37,996 nt of DNA from an uncultured virus (IMG/VR IMGVR_UViG_3300021960_000038) (Duplodnaviria > Heunggongvirae > Uroviricota > Caudoviricetes): IMG/VR virus record IMGVR_UViG_3300021960_000038; one strand, given 5' to 3'. Of this stretch, positions 9,497-18,719 are shown one piece after another. A program made the translations under genes and the position numbers. The notes beneath the pieces are model-generated. The model was not told the origin of the DNA, did no database searches, and saw only the letters and a list, made by a program, of their open reading frames with translations. Within the stretch, counting starts at the first letter, position 1, and every line of letters begins with the position of its first letter.

Positions 9497-9535
9497 ATTG
9501 TACTGTATTTTGGGGGTCTTGTAAAGGTGGTTTTA
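9497..9535 (-). promoter_or_regulatory. Sigma70-like promoter, class A (primase)
   Basis: TAAAACCACC-TTTACA-N17-TACAAT; ATG 6 nt downstream. Confidence 0.75.
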
Positions 9536-9910
9536 GTCGTTGAGTTGTTCGATTTCTTTTTCTAGATCTCTATAGTATTCAACAATTGAAATCACTTTGA
9601 TGATGTATGCTCTCATCTCTGCAGTGTTATAACTCAGAGTCTTATAATCATCAGGACTTAAAGCATAATATGCTAATTCAGGTGCTTTGCCTTCCTCAAC
9701 TAGTTCTAGATACTCTTTCATAATCGTAGGAGTTAGAACTTTCCACTTGATATCCTGCATGGTAACACCATCTGGCATAGGAGGGTGATACATAGGTATC
9801 TGCATCGATACTCGATTGACTTCTACAGGGGATATCTGTGGAGTATAACCACCCAGAATGGAGCAGCCACTAATCGTTGTCAGGAGTATTATTGGTATTA
9901 TCTTTTTCAT
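9533..9910 (-). CDS. Lipoprotein, putative o-spanin (Rz1-like)
   Basis: MKKIIPIILLTTISG-C lipobox, Pro-rich N-terminal region; overlaps the 3' end of the coiled-coil gene. Confidence 0.65.
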   Translation of the reverse strand: MKKIIPIILLTTISGCSILGGYTPQISPVEVNRVSMQIPMYHPPMPDGVTMQDIKWKVLTPTIMKEYLELVEEGKAPELAYYALSPDDYKTLSYNTAEMRAYIIKVISIVEYYRDLEKEIEQLND

Positions 9911-10298
9911 AATTATCGGGATCAGTCAAATCACTTATTTCTTTGAACACGTCTTTCGTGCCTTTATTAATAATCTTTTCAATGAGTCCAGGTTTGCCTA
10001 AAGTAAGTCTATCCATATCGTGCCCAGCATACTTATTAGAGAGGTCTTTGATTGCTTTATCAGCATCCCTTGCCTTTTGAGTCAACTCTGAATTTGCCTT
10101 CTGCATTTGCTCAAAATTGCCCTTAATTTGTTCCAAATTCGCATTTAAACCTGCGATTTCGTCTCTAAATTTCGCTTCATTTGCAACTGCCCTACTTATA
10201 TCACCCATAAGTGCATCAATCTTGCTAGAAGTGTAATTGTAGTATAAAAAGAATGAAAGGCAAACCATTGCCAATGCACCCATTAAGATTTTAGACAT
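9870..10298 (-). CDS. Putative i-spanin (Rz-like)
   Basis: Single N-terminal TM followed by a long coiled coil; directly upstream of the lipoprotein. Confidence 0.65.
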   Translation of the reverse strand: MSKILMGALAMVCLSFFLYYNYTSSKIDALMGDISRAVANEAKFRDEIAGLNANLEQIKGNFEQMQKANSELTQKARDADKAIKDLSNKYAGHDMDRLTLGKPGLIEKIINKGTKDVFKEISDLTDPDNYEKDNTNNTPDND

Positions 10299-10591
10299 AA
10301 CTCTTTAATCTCACCTGTTTGTTTATTTTCAAGGAATACTGTGTATCCCCTTTTAAGATCAAACTCTAAAAGTTTGTACTCACCTTTAATTATACTGTCA
10401 AACTCCTCACCTGTAAACTGAGTTCTGGTAAAAAGTTTAAAATCTTTATCATCTATAGAATGCTTCTTTTTCTTCTTTTTTCGCCAAGTTGCTATATCGT
10501 CACCTGTACCTGCTACAGATGCACCTGTTGTGTTCACAGGTGCTTCTTCTTTCATCTTTTGAAATATGGTCTGTAGTTCTAACCAATTCAT
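10283..10591 (-). CDS. Hypothetical protein
   Basis: Coupled ORF with EEAPVN...AGTGDD and a poly-Lys stretch. Confidence 0.7.
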   Translation of the reverse strand: MNWLELQTIFQKMKEEAPVNTTGASVAGTGDDIATWRKKKKKKHSIDDKDFKLFTRTQFTGEEFDSIIKGEYKLLEFDLKRGYTVFLENKQTGEIKELCLKS

Positions 10592-11151
10592 TTAACATCA
10601 TCCCCTGTAATATAGAGAATGTCACCATATTCGTGTAATGCTGTATATACAGATACACCAAATACTTTTCCTTTCTGTTCTAATATGCTTACTTGTGTGC
10701 GGTGATCATAGAACTTATCGTTTTGTTCGATTCTTCTGCGAATAAAGTATTTGCCACCAAGTACAAGTTCGTCCAGATAGATGCCCTCATTTATCTCTTC
10801 TGCTGTGAGGGATCCCTCTTCCTTGATGTGATGATATACTTTCTCGCACAAATCTTCCATCGACTCTCTTGTGAGGTTTGCTTCTTCTTTAAGCAAAGCG
10901 AGTGCGACAGCATAAGATGCCAATCTGGTTTTACCAAATGGAACTTTCTCTATGATCTTTTTGAGATTGAATACTAGTCTGTGTAGTAATGTATAAGCAT
11001 TACGATCTTCGGTTGACAATATCTCTCGCTCTTTAATACGATTGCCTTTCTCGTCTATGATTCCGAGTTCGAATGCTTTTTGTTTTTTGAATGGTATGGT
11101 TAGAAGTCGAAGTACTCTAAAAACAATTAATGTATCTATAACTTTTGCCAT
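10588..11151 (-). CDS. Conserved T4-like phage hypothetical protein
   Basis: AFELGIIDEKG...YTLLHRLVFNLK...LASYAVALALLKE, recalled from marine T4-like phages. Confidence 0.75.
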   Translation of the reverse strand: MAKVIDTLIVFRVLRLLTIPFKKQKAFELGIIDEKGNRIKEREILSTEDRNAYTLLHRLVFNLKKIIEKVPFGKTRLASYAVALALLKEEANLTRESMEDLCEKVYHHIKEEGSLTAEEINEGIYLDELVLGGKYFIRRRIEQNDKFYDHRTQVSILEQKGKVFGVSVYTALHEYGDILYITGDDVK

Positions 11152-11528
11152 TATAACTTTCTTAACTTTTCAGCCATGTTGTTGTCAACAGGAATGTCTG
11201 TTTTGTAATCTTCTTTGACATATCCTAAAAATAACAACATCGTCTTAATTGTTCCCCAATACTTCGTTTTCTTAAGAGGTATTTTGTATTCTAACATTCG
11301 ATGCCCAGCATCAAATCCGAATACATTGAACAGTACGATGAGGTGATTAAGAACCAATCGTTCTTTTAATTCACCTTGCTCGTGATAACGATACAATAAT
11401 CTTTTCAGATATCTAAATCTACGCAAGTCATCATAAAACTCATCAATGCTTTCGCACTGTGGGTTATCGTAATACTTGATAGCGAATAATGTAAAGTTAT
11501 CGCTGTTTAATTTCTCAAACAATTCCAT
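11151..11528 (-). CDS. Conserved T4-like phage hypothetical protein
   Basis: AIKYYDNPQC...EFYDDLRRFRYLKRL...LNHLIVLFNVFG; ACTAAATA late-like element at 11540-11547. Confidence 0.8.
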   Translation of the reverse strand: MELFEKLNSDNFTLFAIKYYDNPQCESIDEFYDDLRRFRYLKRLLYRYHEQGELKERLVLNHLIVLFNVFGFDAGHRMLEYKIPLKKTKYWGTIKTMLLFLGYVKEDYKTDIPVDNNMAEKLRKL

Positions 11529-11552
11529 AATGTAAAATATATTTAGTCTGTT

Positions 11553-11996
11553 TTAGACTAATGAACCAAATACTTTATATGATCCAGTTTGTTCGTGCCT
11601 TTCCCAAGCAATCTTGAGAGATCTTCCAGCACCTCTTTGCCCATCATCAACTGTGATTTCTTCAGGACCCTCTTCGCCAGTCTTTCCAAAAGTACCACCA
11701 AATTGAGTGATTGGCATTGAGACCTCACCACTAGTGGTAAGGTCTTGTTCATTGATTGCCAATAGATCGAAATCTACACCAATAGTTTGCAACTTTTGGT
11801 ATAGTTGATGAACAGCAGATTCTACATTTAGAAATTCTCTTTCAGCCATTGAACCCAACCATGAGTTAACTCTGTTGACTACTTGGTCATCTTCAATGTA
11901 ATGTGCTCCTGGAGATACATGTGACATATCTGCAGATGCTTGATTAAATGCTCCGAGTGTTTCACTCTCATTTATAAACTGTCTAAATTTTTTCAT
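11553..11996 (-). CDS. Hypothetical protein with capsid-targeting-like N-terminus
   Basis: Starts MKKFRQFINE (T4 CTS is MKTYQEFIAE). Confidence 0.7.
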   Translation of the reverse strand: MKKFRQFINESETLGAFNQASADMSHVSPGAHYIEDDQVVNRVNSWLGSMAEREFLNVESAVHQLYQKLQTIGVDFDLLAINEQDLTTSGEVSMPITQFGGTFGKTGEEGPEEITVDDGQRGAGRSLKIAWERHEQTGSYKVFGSLV

Positions 11997-12014
11997 ACTG
12001 TTCTACCTAATTAA

Positions 12015-12554
12015 TTATGCTACACTGATGTCAGCATATGTTCCTGTACCTGTAGCACCGATTCTGTCTCCAGTGACGAATGCTTTGTCAGATACTGTAG
12101 ATGTACCATCATCTACGATAGTACCACTGATTGTTTGTGCACCGATTGATAGATCTTGTGTTGTTCCAGGAACAGTGAATGTAAATTCTGCTTTGTTGCT
12201 ATCTGTAACAGCAGTAGATGTAGCAGTAATTGCTCCATCAACAGAACCTGTAACACTTAGTGTAGCACCATTTGTTACATCAACTCTTTCGTTCCATACA
12301 ACAACGACTGTACCTGTATCACCTTGGTCATAAGATGCATCTTTAAAGTAGACAGAAGTGATTGTTGCCTCTGCTATCGCTGTAGCAAGATTATTGCCAC
12401 CAGATACAGCAACTAGTAATTCTGTTTGTACTCTAGAACCTACAGTCTTGTCGATTTTCCAACCAGTCGCATCAGCATATGTTCTTGTTTTTTCTTCGGT
12501 TGTAAGATATTTTGGTTTATCTTCAGCACCGTCTGTTATACCCCATAATGGCAT
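12015..12554 (-). CDS. Putative virion structural protein (beta-rich, Ig-like)
   Basis: MPLWG start; Thr/Gly/Val-rich; AGGAG SD. Confidence 0.6.
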   Translation of the reverse strand: MPLWGITDGAEDKPKYLTTEEKTRTYADATGWKIDKTVGSRVQTELLVAVSGGNNLATAIAEATITSVYFKDASYDQGDTGTVVVVWNERVDVTNGATLSVTGSVDGAITATSTAVTDSNKAEFTFTVPGTTQDLSIGAQTISGTIVDDGTSTVSDKAFVTGDRIGATGTGTYADISVA

Positions 12555-12563
12555 GATTTTCTC

Positions 12564-12815
12564 CTAGTCTCTAAATGCTACACTTGTAGCATGTACACTT
12601 GCGGATGCTACCAGAGTATCTGTAGGATTTTTCTCTATAAAGATTGATCCAGATGCTGGTATATACGCAGTCCCTATTGTTGAAGCACCACTAGTAGCAA
12701 GAGTCACCTCTACAGCACTAGTAGTAGTATTTACGACGAAACAAAGTGATGCTGAATCTACATTATCTGCAGATCCTAAAGCAGTTGCACTTCCTAATAA
12801 TTTTAAAATTTTCAT
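12564..12815 (-). CDS. Small beta-rich hypothetical protein, possibly structural
   Basis: 83 aa, Ala/Ser/Thr-rich, in the late operon. Confidence 0.65.
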   Translation of the reverse strand: MKILKLLGSATALGSADNVDSASLCFVVNTTTSAVEVTLATSGASTIGTAYIPASGSIFIEKNPTDTLVASASVHATSVAFRD

Positions 12816-13595
12816 CTATCGTCCTAATCTTTGTGCTACAGCAAGAATTTTCTTTACAGTATTTTGAAAAGATCTTTTATCTTTCTGCAGCAATTGTATG
12901 TATGTTGATCTTAATTGTGGTTTAACCTTATTTAGCATGGAATAAACTTTTCTAGCATCATCTGCCTTAAATTGAAACTTCTTCAAATCATCAGTAGTCA
13001 CAGTGTATGGTCTCGTACCATCTGCTGCTTTTTTGATTTGATTAAAGATGTTTCTATCTGCCTGATCCTGCTGACCACCTTTAGAATTCTTCTTATTCTT
13101 AAAGGCATCCATCGCAGTATCTATGACATCGTCATCTCCTGCTTCGGCATACTTACCACCTGCCATCCTCGAAATCTTGGATAGTCTATTCTTAAGATCT
13201 ACTGGATTCTTTGCTTGAGCAATTGCTCTAGCAATTTTTTTATTTCCTGCATCACTCTGCATACCAAAGTCGCCGAGTGCTGCTTCCATAATTTGTTTAG
13301 TAATTACGATGTTTTCTTGTACATTCTTCATGTATCCAAGTCTTCGTAATTTCTCTTTAAAGTTTTTCAATCTTCCATCCAGTTTAGAAAATTCTTCATC
13401 TGTTGCTTGTATTACTTTATTAGTAATTTTGTGAAACACATGTCCATGCATTTTCACTGCCTCTTTCTTTCTTTCGGCAAACTCATCTGCATTTAAAGGT
13501 TTATCCAACCCATGCATTTTAATTGCTTTCATTGCCTTTACCCAATCAGGGTGAGTCTCATCCTTGGCAAGAGGAATAAGATAATATTGCTTCAT
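12816..13595 (-). CDS. Hypothetical protein
   Basis: 259-aa charged ORF, tightly packed. Confidence 0.7.
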   Translation of the reverse strand: MKQYYLIPLAKDETHPDWVKAMKAIKMHGLDKPLNADEFAERKKEAVKMHGHVFHKITNKVIQATDEEFSKLDGRLKNFKEKLRRLGYMKNVQENIVITKQIMEAALGDFGMQSDAGNKKIARAIAQAKNPVDLKNRLSKISRMAGGKYAEAGDDDVIDTAMDAFKNKKNSKGGQQDQADRNIFNQIKKAADGTRPYTVTTDDLKKFQFKADDARKVYSMLNKVKPQLRSTYIQLLQKDKRSFQNTVKKILAVAQRLGR

Positions 13596-13599
13596 AACT

Positions 13600-14133
13600 T
13601 TATGCTGGGTTTGCTTTACCGATTTTACCTTTTACAACTCCTTTCTTCTTAGCAGGAGTAAATAATTGCTTAGATGCATGCATATGTGCTTCAGATTTTG
13701 TTACCTTTAGTTCTTCGATAGGCATTGCTCTTTTGAGTCCTACTCTTTCGAATACAACATCATAATGAGATACTGTACCATCTTCTGCTAAAGTATGTTC
13801 TGTAGATACACATTCACCTAAACCAAACTCTTCATGAGCAACATGGGTTGCGCAATCATGAGCGATACCACCATTTGCTTTTGATGGTTCATTTGCTTCT
13901 TCAACTTCGTCTTTACCTTTGACATTTTTTGTTATTGCTTTGCGTCTTTTGGTAAGATACTTGTCAGTTGAATCATGGTCACCATCGTTATCGATATCTT
14001 TGTCACCATGACCTACAGGATCCATTCCTTCGCCATCGTCATCTTTATCAGTGACAGGTGCTTTTTTAGATTTTTCTAATAATGCCCTTACTGCTTCTTG
14101 CATTGGGTCTGTTTTTAAGTCTCGGTATTCCAT
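13600..14133 (-). CDS. Hypothetical protein with Dx[DN]xDG Ca-binding-like motif
   Basis: DKDIDNDGDHDSTDKYL; His/Cys-rich C-terminal half. Confidence 0.7.
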   Translation of the reverse strand: MEYRDLKTDPMQEAVRALLEKSKKAPVTDKDDDGEGMDPVGHGDKDIDNDGDHDSTDKYLTKRRKAITKNVKGKDEVEEANEPSKANGGIAHDCATHVAHEEFGLGECVSTEHTLAEDGTVSHYDVVFERVGLKRAMPIEELKVTKSEAHMHASKQLFTPAKKKGVVKGKIGKANPA

Positions 14134-14141
14134 TGTTCTTC

Positions 14142-14651
14142 CTATTTTACTAGATTTAAGTTAAGTCTCTTCGCATGTTTGTTGAAGATATCTCTAACAG
14201 TTTTGTTTTTGTTTTCGGGTCTCATGAAATCATCTGCTAATTCATCATCAGATAAGTATTTCATTTCTAAATCCCTGATCAATTTAACTCCTTTTGGCGA
14301 ACCTACTTTGGTGTTGCCTGGAACACTCTTCATTAACTTTTGAAACCCTTTGATTGCATTCCCTCTAATTCGTGGATTGTGATCAAAGATACCAAATGCC
14401 ATGGTTCCTTCTGTGACTTCAAATTGACTAATTCGTTTTTTAAGTTTGAGATAATCTAATGCGAGTTGCTCAGGATTTTCTATCAGTTGCTGTACTCTTT
14501 CCTGAAGATCTACTTCCGTTGTGACTTCTTCTAATAGTGCATCAATTTCAGCAAATGCTTCTTGCTTCTGTGCATTTTCTTCGAGCACAGGAGCCATTTG
14601 CCCTCTGACACTATCAAGTTGGTCTTTCCAAGATTGTCTATAATTTGCCAT
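14142..14651 (-). CDS. Hypothetical protein
   Basis: 169 aa, downstream of a late promoter. Confidence 0.7.
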   Translation of the reverse strand: MANYRQSWKDQLDSVRGQMAPVLEENAQKQEAFAEIDALLEEVTTEVDLQERVQQLIENPEQLALDYLKLKKRISQFEVTEGTMAFGIFDHNPRIRGNAIKGFQKLMKSVPGNTKVGSPKGVKLIRDLEMKYLSDDELADDFMRPENKNKTVRDIFNKHAKRLNLNLVK

Positions 14652-14672
14652 AGTAGTCTCTCGCTTTCATAT

Positions 14673-14680
14673 TATTTATA
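14673..14680 (-). promoter_or_regulatory. T4-type late promoter TATAAATA
   Basis: Exact consensus, intergenic. Confidence 0.7.
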
Positions 14681-14686
14681 TATTTT

Positions 14687-14962
14687 TTATTCCTGTTTCT
14701 GGATTTTTACTAATAAATCGCCCTTTCCAGGAATAACTCGGTGATACATATTTTTTGGTATATCATACTCATCACCTATTATCAATTCAACTGGCAACTC
14801 TCCATTGTATTGTAGTTGCCAACCCTCTCCTTCAATGACTTCAATTCTTCTATCTTCAGCATCTCTATGCCATTCATACTCATTAACTTCAATATCTTCA
14901 ATAATCTTTCGGATATCTCCATCATCAGTGTAAGGTTTACCAATAGAAGTTTCCGCCACCAC
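14687..14962 (-). CDS. Small cupin-like protein
   Basis: WHRDAEDR...EGEGWQ...IPKNMYHRVI. Confidence 0.65.
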   Translation of the reverse strand: MVAETSIGKPYTDDGDIRKIIEDIEVNEYEWHRDAEDRRIEVIEGEGWQLQYNGELPVELIIGDEYDIPKNMYHRVIPGKGDLLVKIQKQE

Positions 14963-15338
14963 TCAATCCTAACTGCCCAGCATATCTTGGTAAGTTACAT
15001 GCCCAATATGCAGCACTTGTTTTGTCTTTTTGCTGTGCACATTTATGTCTTGCTGCGAATGATTTTCTTGCTGCTGGGTCATTCAACTTAACTTTAAGAC
15101 CTGTTGTATCGCCCCATGTGACTTTTTTAATGTTGCCTGTAGATGGGTCTTTTACATACACATAGTATTTCTTTGGTCCACCTGCTTTGGGTTTGTTTAG
15201 TTCCACATCTTTCCCATCAACCTTTGCTTCGATCATGGGTCTTTCTAAAGGAACTGCTCTGCCTTCGTATAGAGCAAACTCTGGTTTACCAGAAAAGTCA
15301 TGATCACATTCGCACCGATGTTCCTTAAAAGTTTTCAC
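14937..15338 (-). CDS. Conserved phage protein (DUF6321-like)
   Basis: GGPKKYYVYVK...KKVTWGD...RKSFAARHKC...AAYWAC; MKTFKEH start. Family name from memory. Confidence 0.7.
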   Translation of the reverse strand: MKTFKEHRCECDHDFSGKPEFALYEGRAVPLERPMIEAKVDGKDVELNKPKAGGPKKYYVYVKDPSTGNIKKVTWGDTTGLKVKLNDPAARKSFAARHKCAQQKDKTSAAYWACNLPRYAGQLGLSGGGNFYW

Positions 15339-15586
15339 TAAACTGCTCCTTTACCATTCCATTGGACGATGCCATTCATCTTCCATTTGTTTTTCTTAGC
15401 AACTGAATTAGGCACAATTGCTTTATCTTTCATGTTGCCAGATTTAACCCATATTGATTTCTTTGCTTGTTGTGCTTCTTTTTTATCTGGCACACCTTTA
15501 ACTATTTTCCACATGTCACCATTGACTCTAGTCATAACGATAAATGCTTCTTCTAGTTCTTGTTTATGTTCTAAAAATGTTTTCAA
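15338..15586 (-). CDS. Hypothetical protein with capsid-targeting-like N-terminus
   Basis: Starts MKTFLEHKQELEE. Confidence 0.7.
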   Translation of the reverse strand: MKTFLEHKQELEEAFIVMTRVNGDMWKIVKGVPDKKEAQQAKKSIWVKSGNMKDKAIVPNSVAKKNKWKMNGIVQWNGKGAV

Positions 15587-16761
15587 TCTTCAAATCCTTT
15601 GAAATTAAAAAATGCATTGGACTTACCCTGCGCACTCTCTCCACCTGTGTCGGTGAATGTTAAGTTACCAGAAAAGAAGGGACTTCCGTCTGGTGATAAA
15701 AATATAATATTCGCATTATTAGTTCCTTCGTTGTGCTTAACTGTAAGCAAGAAGTCTCCCTTTACATTATTAATCAATTCTTTCATCTTTGCACTAGTCC
15801 TTGAACTAATGACTGTTTGTTTCTTGTCGTCTTTACCTATCGCAGCATAGAAGTCATCACTTCCATCTAACCCAAGTAAGAAAAGCATTCTATTGTTGAT
15901 CTCTTTCTTATGACTCATATAGTATGTATCAAAGATTTCAACTATGAGTTTAATAACTGATCGATGTGATGCTTTTGCTACTGCTCTTGCTTCTTCTTTA
16001 CTCTTACCTTGTTTCATGTAATTAGGTATGATGTTTTGCAAGTCAGTTAGTTGCTGTATCTGTGAACGAGAACCAAAGTCTTTCGCAAATTGTTCTATAA
16101 AATCTGGTGTACTGCGTGCTGCTTTACCTGTATCATAGAACAAAGTTTTTAAGAACGATATGTAAGTTGAATTTGCCAAATTGATGTTGCTGGTTTTATA
16201 TGACTTTAGAGATGCGTGTATCTCGTCTACAACTTGTTTCTCATTCTTCTTAGTGACTGTGATCACCAAATCTGCTTTAGTTGTTCCTTTACCACTGTCA
16301 CCTGTTAATTCTATTTCAAACTCTAAGAATTTGTAATCTAATGCTGTTTGTACATCAGCAAAGATAGCATCAGCCATTGCTTTACCTGCTGCCTTTTGTC
16401 TTTTGATATCTTTGGCATCTTTAGCATTTAGTTCTCGTTTGAGTTCTGCTTCATTGTCTTTCTGTTGCTTTTCTAATGCACCTAGTTTAGTTCTCATGCC
16501 TAAAGATGCTGGCGAGTTCTCAATGTTCTTTGCTAACTCGACTGCTGTAACGATCTCAGAGAAATACCCCAGTCTAGACTTAGCATCTACACCTTCTGAC
16601 ATTATCTTAGGTAATGTGACAGGAATACGAACTCTTTGACCAAACTGAATTTTAGAGAATACTTTTTTAAAAATAGATTTGACTTTCTTTAGTCCTCGTT
16701 GTATAAGACCTCGTATATTGAGTTCTTCTATTTGAGTAGTATGTTCTAAAAAACTTTTCAT
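15583..16761 (-). CDS. Putative PD-(D/E)xK restriction-endonuclease-like protein
   Basis: GYFSE helix, KADLVI, ASLKSY; starts MKSFLEHTTQIEE. Confidence 0.45.
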   Translation of the reverse strand: MKSFLEHTTQIEELNIRGLIQRGLKKVKSIFKKVFSKIQFGQRVRIPVTLPKIMSEGVDAKSRLGYFSEIVTAVELAKNIENSPASLGMRTKLGALEKQQKDNEAELKRELNAKDAKDIKRQKAAGKAMADAIFADVQTALDYKFLEFEIELTGDSGKGTTKADLVITVTKKNEKQVVDEIHASLKSYKTSNINLANSTYISFLKTLFYDTGKAARSTPDFIEQFAKDFGSRSQIQQLTDLQNIIPNYMKQGKSKEEARAVAKASHRSVIKLIVEIFDTYYMSHKKEINNRMLFLLGLDGSDDFYAAIGKDDKKQTVISSRTSAKMKELINNVKGDFLLTVKHNEGTNNANIIFLSPDGSPFFSGNLTFTDTGGESAQGKSNAFFNFKGFED

Positions 16762-16765
16762 TATA

Positions 16766-16990
16766 TTATGATTGCCTTACAAACACGTTTCCAGATGAGT
16801 TAAAATAAAAATCTCCGACTCCTACACCACCTGATGCAGCAGCAGAGTCATTAGAAAAAGGACCAGGAATGTTAAAGTTTTGTCCCTCTATAATTTGAGT
16901 AATTGTAGTGGAGTTATCTATTGTTTGTTCAATCGTTTTCTTATCTGTTTGATCCAATCTACCTGTAAAAATGTTAAAAGTCCAAGACAT
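16766..16990 (-). CDS. Hypothetical protein
   Basis: 74 aa with FSNDSAAASGGVGVGDFY motif; TAATG coupling. Confidence 0.7.
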   Translation of the reverse strand: MSWTFNIFTGRLDQTDKKTIEQTIDNSTTITQIIEGQNFNIPGPFSNDSAAASGGVGVGDFYFNSSGNVFVRQS

Positions 16991-17202
16991 TATACTGTTC
17001 TCTCAACTGTCAATAGATTGTTAGACCCATCATAAGTCATCACTATTGTGGCAACGATAGTACCACTTGAACCACCCAATCTGTAAACAACCTGTGTTAG
17101 GTTATCACTTACATCATAGGTGTTTGAGATATAGTCATATGCTGGTATCCCCATCGGATTGGCGATATAGTTTTCTTCTCCGAATTTTTTTGTTCCTGCC
17201 AT
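16990..17202 (-). CDS. Hypothetical protein with YD-like motifs
   Basis: YDYISNTYD...TYDGSNNLLTV. Confidence 0.7.
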   Translation of the reverse strand: MAGTKKFGEENYIANPMGIPAYDYISNTYDVSDNLTQVVYRLGGSSGTIVATIVMTYDGSNNLLTVERTV

Positions 17203-17205
17203 GTT

Positions 17206-18717
17206 TTAAATACTTTTTAGTACTCCTCTGTTGTTATTATAAACTGTATATTGGCCACCATCTTTATCCACTTTGTTTGCTTTATTAGCATAGTTGATAG
17301 CATCTTTTTGCATATTGGCACCAAACACTAACTTCTCTTTTTCCTTTCTCTTTTTGTTTTGATAAGATACAACAAAGTTATTTTTTGAAAATTGTTTAGG
17401 ATCCATGCTTTCGTTTGCTTGTCCTGGAGTATCTTTAGAATATACCTTTCTGATTTTATCAGTACCAAGTTCTAGATAAGAGTTATTACAATTACCATCA
17501 CCAAGATTGTATTTGGGTTCTTCGTTCTTTTGTTTTTTCTTTTTAGCAATAGCAATTGCTGCCTGTTGTGCAGCATTTGCTGCTTCTGACCACCAATCTT
17601 TGAATAGTGATATAGACTCATTTTGTTGTGCTTGTCTAAACTTTTTAAGTCTTTGCATTTCTTGCTTTCTTACAGCAGGAAGTAATCTCTTAGAAAGTTT
17701 TTTGATTGCACCTTTCTTCTTTTCTAGTTTCTTGGCAAGATTAACTTTTTGTGATATTGAAAGATCAGCCATATTTAAACTACCCAGCATTCTTTTTGCT
17801 AGTCTAGTTCTTGCTGCTCTCATTGCTTTTTGCTGCAACTCACCAGCATTCTTCATTCTTCTTGCTTTAAGTTTTCTCATACGAGATCTTTTCTTAGCAG
17901 TTCTTCTAGCAATCATACCTCTCTTTATTCGTTGCTGAATAGAGAGTGCTTCGTCTATGGTGTTAAAGGGTTCAAAATCTTCGCCCATAGTAAGACCAGA
18001 TAATTGCTGAACAATTACATGTAATTGAGGTGTTGGGATTGATGCCAAAACCTCAAGTTGCTTTTTTGAAAGACCTTTGACCCTAGCAAACATCTTTTTG
18101 ATGTCTACTTTTTTTTGTTCTGGTAGATTATCATCTACTATGCCATAAGTTTCACAGGGTGTTTTACCACAACCACAGTTCTTTTCCTCAGTCTGTGGTC
18201 GATTTTCCCTTTCTGCTCTTTGTCTAGCAGTTTCTTTGTCTTTAAGCATATCCAGTCTTTTCTTAGAATCTGCTCTTGCCTTTGCTATCTTATCTTTTTG
18301 CATTTCTGCAGATTTTCTCATATTAGCAAGGTTGCGTTCTCTTTCTCTTTTGACTCGTTCTTTATGTGCTTTTTCTTTTGGATCTTCTTCTGCTTCTTCT
18401 GGTACACAGTTGGGAACCATCTTGTCCCCTTTCTTTTTCATACCTTCTTTTTTGTATCCATTCCAGCAATCTTCATTGAACTGAGAGAAAGTCTTTTTGG
18501 GTTCGACATGATCTCTTAAATCTTTATCTGCTGTGTTGTATGTTTTACCTTTAGTGATGTAAGAATTTACTCTAGCAAATGCCCATTGTTGTGGTGTAGT
18601 TCCAGGTCTATGCCCTGTTTTCCATGCTGCCATACCTCTATCATACACTTTCTTCAATGTACCATAAGATATTCCAGACTCTTGTGCTTTCTTAACTAAT
18701 CCTGCTATCTTTGCCAT
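17206..18717 (-). CDS. Lys/Arg-rich modular protein with DUF5824-like N-terminus, probably virion-internal
   Basis: SGISYGTLKKVYDRGMAAWKTGHRPGTTPQQWAFARVNS; CWNGYKKEGMKKKGDKMVPNCVPE; KNCGCGKTPCETYG. Confidence 0.7.
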   Translation of the reverse strand: MAKIAGLVKKAQESGISYGTLKKVYDRGMAAWKTGHRPGTTPQQWAFARVNSYITKGKTYNTADKDLRDHVEPKKTFSQFNEDCWNGYKKEGMKKKGDKMVPNCVPEEAEEDPKEKAHKERVKRERERNLANMRKSAEMQKDKIAKARADSKKRLDMLKDKETARQRAERENRPQTEEKNCGCGKTPCETYGIVDDNLPEQKKVDIKKMFARVKGLSKKQLEVLASIPTPQLHVIVQQLSGLTMGEDFEPFNTIDEALSIQQRIKRGMIARRTAKKRSRMRKLKARRMKNAGELQQKAMRAARTRLAKRMLGSLNMADLSISQKVNLAKKLEKKKGAIKKLSKRLLPAVRKQEMQRLKKFRQAQQNESISLFKDWWSEAANAAQQAAIAIAKKKKQKNEEPKYNLGDGNCNNSYLELGTDKIRKVYSKDTPGQANESMDPKQFSKNNFVVSYQNKKRKEKEKLVFGANMQKDAINYANKANKVDKDGGQYTVYNNNRGVLKSI

Positions 18718-18719
18718 AA

